Virus record (IMG/VR): IMGVR_UViG_3300033463_000023
Location: 32,001 to 96,000 of that record
Length of the DNA stretch: 64,000 nucleotides
Strand: one strand, 5' to 3'
Source of the DNA: a virus
Lineage: Duplodnaviria > Caudoviricetes
Shown: one piece after another, positions 39,734 to 47,375 of the stretch
Numbering within the stretch: position 1 is the stretch's first letter
How the letters are laid out: every line of letters begins with the position of its first letter
The notes under the pieces: generated by a model
Databases searched by the model: none
Seen by the model: only the letters and a program-made list of their open reading frames with translations
What the model was told of the DNA's origin: nothing
Made by a program: the position numbers and the translations under genes

Positions 39734-40084
39734 TTAAAGCAATGTATATGATACGTTGCCGTACCTTTGGATTTCAGACACCATAAGAGCGCCAAACGAG
39801 TTGCCTCCAACGGCAGTACACGTTACCTTCACATCTCCGTCGCTGTTGTCTGACGATGGTGTAAATTCTATATTGATATAATCCGTTTTCACAACAACCT
39901 GTCCATTGAGCAGCGAATCCCTGTGTGCAAGGTTGATAATTGCGCATGCTTGCAAATTAAAGAAATTCCTTGTCACGCAAAGAACGGCGTTTCCCTGCAT
40001 GGGAAGATTTACATTAAATTCGATAACCACAGGATTGCTGGTACCGGAGCTTTTAAAGGCGTATACCACATATTGTGCGCCCAG
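39734..40084 (-). other. silent cassette 23 (non-knob class)
   Basis: Site 40078-40086; LGAQYVVYAF...SYTLL*. Confidence 0.85.
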
Positions 40085-40112
40085 AAAAGAGGTGGGTTAA
40101 TCCCACCTCCTA

Positions 40113-40379
40113 TTATGTTAAAGCAAGGTATTTCCACGATATCCAATTAGAATTGTTTCTTATCCTAAAATAGACTCTTGTCAAATCGGACATTATCCAT
40201 ATTTGCAAGGTGTTGTAATTTGCATTACCTGCGCCAGTAGCAAACGTCAGCAATATTCCCCATTGAGTAGGTAGATTGTGGCTTGAATAACTTGAATCAT
40301 TGACAGAGTAAGCACATGTTGTGAGTACTGTGTTGGCATCTATGTTAGCGATATGACCTTTTGGTAGCACACCGCCCAG
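40113..40379 (-). other. silent cassette 24 (knob-like)
   Basis: Site 40373-40381; LGGVLPKG..DANT...WISWKY. Confidence 0.85.
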
Positions 40380-40399
40380 AATGTCATCGTGTTACCATT

Positions 40400-40639
40400 C
40401 TGGGCGCATTGGTAGAAAAACATATCATGATAGAAGATCCAGACAGTATAAACAACACAGGCATATATCCAGCAACGTTTACATATAAAACAGGAACAGC
40501 CAGGGGAATGCTTGTTGTGTTCGCAGATAGTACAGTTAGTAGTTTTCCGGCCCAACTCTTTATCGGCTATAACGAGTGTATGGTGAGAAGGGCATCTAAC
40601 ACACAAGCATCATCTTGGTTAGATTGGAAAGAACTTTAA
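40400..40639 (+). other. silent cassette 25 (knob-like)
   Basis: Site 40398-40406; LGALVEKH...WLDWKEL*. Confidence 0.85.
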
Positions 40640-40683
40640 TAGGTGGGAGAAAACTCCCACCCATAATTATGAAATAGTCAGCT

Positions 40684-40941
40684 CTGGGCGTAGCAGACTT
40701 CCAAAATTTTTCAGGCAAAGACCTTCCGGATTATGATGCTAACGCACTGGTAACTGGTATTTATTCTACAGCTGCAAACAGAGATTCCAATATTCCAGTT
40801 AACGTTAACGGACTTCTCCTCTGCTTTAAGAGGTCAGCGGTGTATTTTCAGGTTTACATGATAATGGGTAGCTCCATTTTTTACAGGAATTATTTTAACG
40901 AATGGAACGCATGGAAAAAACTGGAGGGAACACCGGTTTGA
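40684..40941 (+). other. silent cassette 26 (knob-like; absent from the ORF track)
   Basis: Variant site CTCTGGGCG at 40682-40690; LGVADFQN..DANAL.TGIY...WNAWKKLEGTPV*. Confidence 0.8.
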
Positions 40942-40971
40942 CAAATAGAGGTGGGCGCATACCCACCTCGT

Positions 40972-41211
40972 TTACTGATCCACCGTTCCTTCAATCTTTC
41001 TCCACGACTGCCATCCTGCTGTCGTTCTGCTACGGGTTAGCACAAATTCCCTATTATAGGGGGCGTAAAACAAAAAGAAATCGAACTTTAAGAGCATACC
41101 GTTAGTGTTGGAGTCAGAAGGCAATCCTTGCAGGCTTGACCCAAAATACAACCCGTCCGCAATTTCTGTTGGGTTTACGTTTGTTATTTCTCCTTTGTTC
41201 ATTACGCCCAG
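40972..41211 (-). other. silent cassette 27 (knob-like)
   Basis: Site 41205-41213; LGVMNKGE...WQSWRKI. Confidence 0.85.
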
Positions 41212-41231
41212 AATGTCATCGTGTTACCATT

Positions 41232-41441
41232 CTGGGCGTTACATTTAGCACCATTCCTTCTACTTCAGATCCATTTCAAGGGTGGCAAAAGATGTGTATT
41301 CAGTTTAAAAACGCTAACGCCGTTACTCAGTTTGCCATTAAACTAACACGCACATCAGGTTTTTCCGTTGCTGTCAGATCAACAGATGACAATTCAGCAG
41401 CCGATATTAACAGCAAAACATGGGAAAACATTAAAAACTAA
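41232..41441 (+). other. silent cassette 28 (short)
   Basis: Site 41230-41238; LGVTFSTI...TWENIKN*. Confidence 0.8.
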
Positions 41442-41467
41442 GGAGGTGGGTTTGTAGCCCACCTTAA

Positions 41468-41719
41468 TTATGTGTTGTCTGTAGCCAAATATGTCCAAGG
41501 ACCTGCCGAGGCTCTCAATGCAAACTTTTTCCCGGATGAAGCGTTGTATGCCATTTGTAAACAATACCCGTCCAGGTGGCTGTTAATCGTCAGGCATACG
41601 CCAAAGGTAAACGGGGCATTTGTGGTTTGGCTGGAAATAACACAGATACTATTTTGTTTGTTGTTGCCAAGTAAATTATCAAGATCGTACTGGCCCGTTA
41701 GTTTGGTTATACCGCCCAG
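41468..41719 (-). other. silent cassette 29 (knob-like; absent from the ORF track)
   Basis: Variant site TCCTGGGCG at 41713-41721; LGGITKLTGQYDLDNL...PWTYLATDNT*. Confidence 0.8.
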
Positions 41720-41722
41720 GAC

Positions 41723-42946
41723 TTACTTCGGTTTCCGCTTCCTGAAGATCTTCTTCGTGGCCTTCTCCGCGGCGTGGTCCCTGTCGAAGGTGTAGTGCGC
41801 CTCGGTGGTCCGCGTGCGGCTCTGGCCGAGGATGGACGTGATGTTCTGGATGGGCATGCCCATCAGCGAGAGGTTCGTGGCGCACGACTTGCGCGCGACG
41901 TGGAAGCTGACGGCCTTCCCGATGCCCGCCATCGCGGCGACCTCCTTGATGACCCTGTTGGCGGTGGAGTTGCACGGCACGCAGTGAGACAGCTCGCGGA
42001 CGTCCGGGTAGCGGCAGAGGATGTCCATGCCCCTGCCCCAGAACAGCGACCTGATCGGCACGGCGACCTGCCGCTTCGTCTTGTGCATCGTCTTGCGCAG
42101 CACGCCGTTCCTGACGGTCGCCTCCTCGAGCGTGGAGAGGTCGCTCCACCGCAGGCCCGTGTAGCAGCCGAGGAGGAACAGGTCGCGCACCCTCGCCTGC
42201 CGCCCGGCGAGCTCCAGGCGCTCCATCCTCGCGATCTCCGCCAGGGAGAGGAACGCCACCTTCGGCCTCATGTTCCCTATCGTGATGAAGCGGAACGGGT
42301 CGCCGGGCATGGCGTCGCGCTTGCGGGCCTCCTCGCAGAGGGCGTGGAGCGCCTTCAGCCGCCCGATGGCGGTGTTCTCGGCCAGCCCCTTGCCGTCGAT
42401 GAGGAAGGCCCTGTAGCGCTCGATCATGTCGTGCGAGAGCTCCTGCATCGTCGTGTGCGGGCGGAACTCCTCGAAGGACCTGGCCAGCGTGCGGTAGCTC
42501 TCCTTCGTCGACGCGCTGCGCCCCGCCGACGGGACGATGACCGCCTCGACCATCTCCGCGACGGTGGCGGACCTCGACACGCGGCTCAGGTAGGCCTCCT
42601 TCACGCGCCGCGGCGTCGGCGCCGCCCCGGCGGCCTCGAGCTCGTCCTCGTGCTCCATGAGGCGGCGGACGATGCGGGCGACCTTGCGGTTCAGGAGGTC
42701 GTAGTTCGGGTCCGTGGGCTGCACCTTCCCGTAGCGGAAGTCCTCCTGGCGGACCCTGACGTGGGTGTTCACCGTGGCCCGCTCCCCGGTGCCGGCCATG
42801 TAGATGCTGACGACGACGGCGCGCGTGCCGTCGGCCGCCACGTACCCGTTCCTGCTGAGGACGGGCCTGAAGGTGATGGTGGATATCATAGGCGTAGGTC
42901 GTTTGTTGTCGTTCATAATATGTACGGAAAACGGGCGGCGTTTCAT
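41723..42946 (-). CDS. tyrosine site-specific recombinase (probable shufflon invertase)
   Basis: TGLRWSD (R), FHVARKS (HxxR), LGQS..TTEAHY (Y); N-terminal arm-like and SAM-like regions; stop abuts site 29; true start may be 42916 or 42889. Confidence 0.92.
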   Translation of the reverse strand: MKRRPFSVHIMNDNKRPTPMISTITFRPVLSRNGYVAADGTRAVVVSIYMAGTGERATVNTHVRVRQEDFRYGKVQPTDPNYDLLNRKVARIVRRLMEHEDELEAAGAAPTPRRVKEAYLSRVSRSATVAEMVEAVIVPSAGRSASTKESYRTLARSFEEFRPHTTMQELSHDMIERYRAFLIDGKGLAENTAIGRLKALHALCEEARKRDAMPGDPFRFITIGNMRPKVAFLSLAEIARMERLELAGRQARVRDLFLLGCYTGLRWSDLSTLEEATVRNGVLRKTMHKTKRQVAVPIRSLFWGRGMDILCRYPDVRELSHCVPCNSTANRVIKEVAAMAGIGKAVSFHVARKSCATNLSLMGMPIQNITSILGQSRTRTTEAHYTFDRDHAAEKATKKIFRKRKPK

Positions 42947-43000
42947 GCCGCCGGCAGGTTAAAAAATCATAACGGCCGTGCCGCGGCCGTGGCGTCCCGT

Positions 43001-43021
43001 GGCACAGTCCCGGCACAGTCC
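43001..43021. repeat. tandem direct repeat GGCACAGTCC x2 upstream of the recombinase
   Basis: 43001-43010 and 43012-43021. Confidence 0.6.
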
Positions 43022-43117
43022 GCGGGGTCCGGCGTCCCCGGCCGGCATCAGGAGGACCCCCCGCGGGCCCCGTGCCGCCGCCGGCGCGGTATGCGAAAAA
43101 TTATGACACGGGGGGCG

Positions 43118-43699
43118 TCAGGCGAGCAGCTGGATGCCCATGAGGTCCTGGACGCGGAACTGGACGGACGTCTTCGACCCGTCGCGCTCCACGGTGCAGA
43201 GGTAGGTGTCGCGGGTGGCGGAGACGAACGCCCTCGCCCCGCCGCGGAACGTCAGCAGCAGGTGGCGCGGCGTGCGCTCCAGCGCGAGCAGCGCGGCCCA
43301 CGCGGCGGCGTCGCGGTCGTCGGCCTCGACGGTGACGGTGACGGTGTGCAGGCGGCCGGCCGTGCCGTCGCCCTCGTCGTCCTTCGCCCTGCCGGTGCCC
43401 CGGCGGATGGGGACGAGCGTGACGCCATCGGCGGGCGCCCTCATGCCGACGGTGATGGCGCCGGCGTAGACGGGGTTGGGAACGGTGCCGGGGCGGACGG
43501 TGGTGCCGCCGCCACCGGGTTCCTGGCTGCCGCTGCCGCCGCCGGATAGGTCGGGGACCTCCGGGACGAAGGGGGCCGACGGCACCGTCGGCGCCAGGCA
43601 GTTGGCGACGGACCCCGCCGAGGCGGCGGGGATGTTGCCGACGGGGATGGCGGTGACGGCCGTCAGGTCGTCGAGGAGGAACTCGAGGCAGCCGTTCAT
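43118..43699 (-). CDS. hypothetical (putative structural) protein
   Basis: ATGA-type overlap with the upstream gene; downstream of the late-type promoter. Confidence 0.65.
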   Translation of the reverse strand: MNGCLEFLLDDLTAVTAIPVGNIPAASAGSVANCLAPTVPSAPFVPEVPDLSGGGSGSQEPGGGGTTVRPGTVPNPVYAGAITVGMRAPADGVTLVPIRRGTGRAKDDEGDGTAGRLHTVTVTVEADDRDAAAWAALLALERTPRHLLLTFRGGARAFVSATRDTYLCTVERDGSKTSVQFRVQDLMGIQLLA

Positions 43700-43944
43700 G
43701 GGGTGAATCCGTTAAGCTCGTCCTCCGTCACGCGGTCGTCGCCCGTGACCATCGCGTCCCTCACGCTCCGGTTCAGGTCCTCCATCTCCACGCTGTCGTT
43801 GCGTATCTCCTCCGTGCCCACGCTGTCGGGGCCCGGCGCGCCGCCCTCGTGGCCCTCGGGCCAGACGACGGGTACCTCGCGGATGCCCCAGCCGAACTCG
43901 CGGAGGTCGATCCATATCTTCTCGAACTTGTCTTCCTGTCTCAT
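43696..43944 (-). CDS. small chimeric protein
   Basis: ATG at 43944; N-half like 43967..44242 and C-half like 28989..29216. Confidence 0.7.
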   Translation of the reverse strand: MRQEDKFEKIWIDLREFGWGIREVPVVWPEGHEGGAPGPDSVGTEEIRNDSVEMEDLNRSVRDAMVTGDDRVTEDELNGFTP

Positions 43945-43966
43945 GTCCGTCGGTATCGGTTGAAGG

Positions 43967-44242
43967 TTACACGTCGCCGCTGCCGTCGCCGGCATCGGCG
44001 TCGAAGCCGGGCTCCGGCTCCTCTTCCTCCTCCACGGCCACGGGCTCGTTGAACTCTCCGCTGCCGCCGCTGTTGGGGTCGTCCTCGTCGTCCTCGTCCA
44101 TGCCGCCGCCCTGGCCGGCCTCCGGGCCTTCCTCGCACTTGCAGTCGTGGCCCTCGGGCCAGATGACGTCCACGTCACGGATGCCCCAGCCGAACGGGCG
44201 GAGGTCGATCGTGATCTTCTCGAACTTCTTCTCCTGTTTCAT
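43967..44242 (-). CDS. small acidic protein
   Basis: KFEKITIDLRPFGWGIR..WPEGH followed by a D/E-rich tail. Confidence 0.7.
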   Translation of the reverse strand: MKQEKKFEKITIDLRPFGWGIRDVDVIWPEGHDCKCEEGPEAGQGGGMDEDDEDDPNSGGSGEFNEPVAVEEEEEPEPGFDADAGDGSGDV

Positions 44243-44271
44243 ATCCTTGCAGATTAGTGTTGCCTATGCCT

Positions 44272-44307
44272 GCAATATACGCCGCGCGGGCGCCGGAAGC
44301 AAGGGCA
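44272..44307 (-). promoter_or_regulatory. putative late promoter motif copy
   Basis: TGCCCTTGC-N19-TATATTGC. Confidence 0.65.
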
Positions 44308-44421
44308 GCGCGGGGCCAGCCTGCCGCTACCTCCCGTAGCCTCCCGTAACCTCCCGTAACTACAGAGGCGGGCACCGGGACTGTCCCGGCACCCGCGAAC
44401 CATCCACGGCGGTATGAACGG

Positions 44422-44700
44422 TCATTTCCCGAAGAGCCTGCGCGCCAGCCAGACGAGGCCGCCGTAGAGGAAGTTGCCCGCCACGTTGCTGGCAAAGTCC
44501 TCGGCGAAGGTCTGCTGGCGGCGGCGCAGGTCCTGAAGCTGGGCCGACTGCCGCCCGAGGGCCCTGAGGATCTCGTCCGCCGGGCGCTGCTCGGCGGCCA
44601 TCCGGACGAAGAGCTTCCTCTCCTCGTCGGTCATGCGGTCGTAGATCCCCTCCAGGAGCCTGCGGCGCATGAGGGCCTCGGCGGCTGCTGCGTAGTCCAT
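44422..44700 (-). CDS. hypothetical protein
   Basis: Last gene of the Cys-rich operon; followed by a hairpin at about 44368-44396. Confidence 0.65.
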   Translation of the reverse strand: MDYAAAAEALMRRRLLEGIYDRMTDEERKLFVRMAAEQRPADEILRALGRQSAQLQDLRRRQQTFAEDFASNVAGNFLYGGLVWLARRLFGK

Positions 44701-44733
44701 ACGGAAACTTGCCCTACTTTGCCCTACCTTGCC

Positions 44734-45237
44734 CTACCAGAGGAAGTACTTGCGGATGTCATACACCCCGTCCTGGTCCTTCAGGTTCTTCAGGGCCATC
44801 CTGTAGCAGGCGGTGATGATGTCCTTGTCCGAGGGCGAGAGCGTCTTGCCCAGCAGGGCGGCGATTTCCGTGCCGAAATCCGAATAGATTTTGTTCATCT
44901 CCGTCCAGAGGGCGTACTTGTTATAGTACGGTGCTTCCTCCAGCGGCAGGCCGAAGCCCTCCATGGTACTCTTCCATGCGTCGTGCTTCCACGGTGCCGC
45001 CGGGTTCATGCGTGCGATGATATTCTCTGCCTCCTTGTGCGTGAGGTACTGCTTCCACTTGATGGCCTCGAGCCGGTCGATCATCTCCTCTGCCACGTCG
45101 GGCTTGTTGGCGATCATCCACTCCATCATCTCGGTCATCACGCAGCCGAAGGCCTTCATGTTCTTCGGGTCACGGCTCTGGGCCATGTAGTCATAGAGAC
45201 CTGTGTAGCGGTCTTTCATTTCCTGTGGTGTTGTCAT
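44734..45237 (-). CDS. conserved-looking hypothetical phage protein
   Basis: YLT..EA..I...M.P...W; YN.YALW..MN..YSD; A...LKD.D pattern. Confidence 0.75.
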   Translation of the reverse strand: MTTPQEMKDRYTGLYDYMAQSRDPKNMKAFGCVMTEMMEWMIANKPDVAEEMIDRLEAIKWKQYLTHKEAENIIARMNPAAPWKHDAWKSTMEGFGLPLEEAPYYNKYALWTEMNKIYSDFGTEIAALLGKTLSPSDKDIITACYRMALKNLKDQDGVYDIRKYFLW

Positions 45238-45347
45238 AATCCTGTTGTCTTGTTAAGTGATACATTAAGCACGCCGCAAGCTGCTTAATTCTTACGTTTT
45301 CGTCGAAATAAGCAAAAACGGCGCGATTTCATTCCTTATTCTTACGC

Positions 45348-45530
45348 TCAGCACCCCGGGCAGCGGGCCGTCGGGATGCGGGGCGTGTACTGCACGGGGA
45401 CGCGGCGGGCGGGCGCCGGGGCCTTGCGCCGGGCCGTGGCGGGCCCTGCGGGCTGCTCACCCGGCTTCTTGCCCGTCTTCGGGTCCGTCTTCGCCGGGGT
45501 CTTCTTCGTTGTTGTCTTCGAGGATGCCAT
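45348..45530 (-). CDS. small basic protein ending RCPGC
   Basis: K/T/P-rich; overlaps the upstream gene. Confidence 0.4.
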   Translation of the reverse strand: MASSKTTTKKTPAKTDPKTGKKPGEQPAGPATARRKAPAPARRVPVQYTPRIPTARCPGC

Positions 45531-45828
45531 AGATCTTGTTGTAAAGTGTGTCGATAGCGTACATGAACAGTTCGAGCCAGACGGCCGCGTAGGCGCAGAG
45601 GATGGATATTGCGAGCAGCCGCGGCAGCACTGAGGGAAGGGCGGCCAGCTGGCCGTCGCCGCTCACGCCGTAGGCGAAAGTGCCCCAGAACGCGAGGCAC
45701 TTCGGGCAGTCCGCTATCGGCAGCCTGTGGCGGACGACACGCTCGACGGCCCGTATCAGCCCGAGGTGGTTCGCTGCCGTAGAGAAGACCACGACTGCCG
45801 CAATATCAATCCATTGACCGCTGACCAT
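45457..45828 (-). CDS. membrane protein with CPKC..FW motif
   Basis: Hydrophobic helices flanking CxxC. Confidence 0.65.
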   Translation of the reverse strand: MVSGQWIDIAAVVVFSTAANHLGLIRAVERVVRHRLPIADCPKCLAFWGTFAYGVSGDGQLAALPSVLPRLLAISILCAYAAVWLELFMYAIDTLYNKIYGILEDNNEEDPGEDGPEDGQEAG

Positions 45829-45834
45829 TGGTTA

Positions 45835-46293
45835 CTACGCGCCCGTGGCGACGGTGAAGGCGAACTCCACCTCGCAGACGTTCGTGGACGGACAGCCGCA
45901 GGAGGCCCCCACGGGCGTGGCGCTCACGCCGACGGCGGTGACCGTCGGGACGTCGGCCGACGGGCAGGGGATGCACTTGGTCACGATGACCTTCTCCGTC
46001 ACGAGGCAGCCGCTGGGGCAGCCGTTGCCGCAGCGGTACACCTGCTGGTAGGTGAGGTCGCAGATGCAGCGCACGTCGCAGCAGTACTCGCTGCCGAGGG
46101 CGCGGGGCACGCCGACGACCTGCACGTCGATGTTACTTGCCAGCGGCATGCCGTCGGCGTTGACGCACATCTGGCGGTTGCCGCACGTGTAGTGCGTGGC
46201 GTCCAGCATGTACGTCGTGGAGGCGTCGGTGCCTCCCGGGTACGGGGTGAGGCTGTTGAAGTAGGTCTTCCCGTTCTGTGAATTACAAGCCAT
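45835..46293 (-). CDS. Cys-rich hypothetical protein
   Basis: Many Cys residues (CCDVRCIC, CGNGCPSGC, CGCPSTNVC). Confidence 0.75.
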   Translation of the reverse strand: MACNSQNGKTYFNSLTPYPGGTDASTTYMLDATHYTCGNRQMCVNADGMPLASNIDVQVVGVPRALGSEYCCDVRCICDLTYQQVYRCGNGCPSGCLVTEKVIVTKCIPCPSADVPTVTAVGVSATPVGASCGCPSTNVCEVEFAFTVATGA

Positions 46294-46359
46294 AGTTTGA
46301 AACGTTTTGTGGGTTTATTTATACGAGGACCTATTCTCTGCACCGTCCTCCTCCTGTGC

Positions 46360-46680
46360 TCACTCCTGTTCCGCTCCCTCCCCGGCCTCGCCGTAGACAC
46401 GGGGGAAGAGGTCGCCCTCCACGGGCAGCGGGCTCGAGAACTCCGCCTCGGCGGACTGCAGCGCCGCGATGCGCCGCTCCAGCTCCTCGATGTGCTGCGA
46501 CTGGGCGTCGAGCCGCTGTATGACGCCGTTCATCACCTCGAACATCTGGAAGGACATCCGGGCGGCGCAGTAGGCGTGCTGCTGGTACCCGCACTTCGTG
46601 CAGTCCCTTGGGCACGGGCGCGCCTGCCGCTGCACGGCCTCCGCGGGCTGCTGGGCGTTGCTGTTCTGTTTCTGTTCCAT
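46360..46680 (-). CDS. Cys-cluster plus coiled-coil protein
   Basis: CPRDCTKC......C then heptad repeats. Confidence 0.7.
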   Translation of the reverse strand: MEQKQNSNAQQPAEAVQRQARPCPRDCTKCGYQQHAYCAARMSFQMFEVMNGVIQRLDAQSQHIEELERRIAALQSAEAEFSSPLPVEGDLFPRVYGEAGEGAEQE

Positions 46681-46707
46681 ATCTCTTGATTTATTCTGAA
46701 CTCCTGG

Positions 46708-46941
46708 TTACTTGAAGTACTCGATGACCCTGTTCTTTACGAACGGGTTCCTGTCCCAGCTGCCGATCGCATGCGCCAGACGCGCAGCATCAACGGCGCG
46801 ACCCTGGCGAGCATGAGCGCTGATAAAGCCAACGACAGCCAGGCGCAGGTCCTCAACCTCCTTTTCGTCTCTTGCATAGACGTTGAAGGTGACGGGGAAG
46901 CCCCTGAGGGGCCGCTGCTGTTTTGTTTCCTGTTCATTCAT
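46708..46941 (-). CDS. hypothetical protein
   Basis: Operon spacing. Confidence 0.7.
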   Translation of the reverse strand: MNEQETKQQRPLRGFPVTFNVYARDEKEVEDLRLAVVGFISAHARQGRAVDAARLAHAIGSWDRNPFVKNRVIEYFK

Positions 46942-46952
46942 ATTGCCGTGAA

Positions 46953-47321
46953 TCAGTTAATCTCCGGAAGTTCCGTGACCGGCGTCCCGGGCTCCGCCGT
47001 CGGGAACGTGAGCGGCGGCAGGCGGTTGCCCGTCATCTGGCGCACCATCTCGTAGCCCGTGGCTATCGTGTCCCTGTTCTCCCTGATCCAGGAGAAGAGG
47101 TCGCCCGCCGTGCGCTTCGTGGCGTCGACCCACGTCTGTGGGGCGGGGTCGTAGTCGGGCAGCGAGGGGATGTCCTCGGCGAAGAAGTCGTAGAGCTTCT
47201 TCGCCTCGTCGATGTCGCCCTTGGTGGCGAAGAGGCACTGCAGCTTCAGCGTGGCCTTCGAGGTGGGTTGTATTCCGCGTATCATCTCCAGTCGTTTCTT
47301 CCTGTTGGTAAACCATTTCAT
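46953..47321 (-). CDS. hypothetical protein
   Basis: Operon spacing. Confidence 0.7.
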   Translation of the reverse strand: MKWFTNRKKRLEMIRGIQPTSKATLKLQCLFATKGDIDEAKKLYDFFAEDIPSLPDYDPAPQTWVDATKRTAGDLFSWIRENRDTIATGYEMVRQMTGNRLPPLTFPTAEPGTPVTELPEIN

Positions 47322-47375
47322 ATATCGCCGTGAGTGGGTGATTTCTCCCCGCCGGTCCGGCGGGGAGAAACACGT

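Larger units (their letters stand above)
32814..41721. mobile_element. shufflon: multiple-inversion array with 29 recombination sites and 29 cassettes
   Basis: Invariant CTGGGCG core at the in-frame start of every cassette; 15 plus and 14 minus; recombinase adjacent. Confidence 0.93.

Noticed and set aside
32962-41721. CRISPR array interpretation of the recurring 34-36-bp palindromic units
   Set aside because: The intervals are 200-600 bp of protein-coding sequence in both orientations, the repeat interiors differ, and no cas genes are present
33246-41795. ORF-track starts within the array (e.g. MCNLLG, RPEPTFIAVLG, RPECHRVTILG)
   Set aside because: These are chance upstream starts that read through spacers; the real frames begin at the LG junction
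32814-42946. Integron interpretation
   Set aside because: Cassettes lack their own starts and fuse in frame at the site, occur on both strands, and have no attC-like structures
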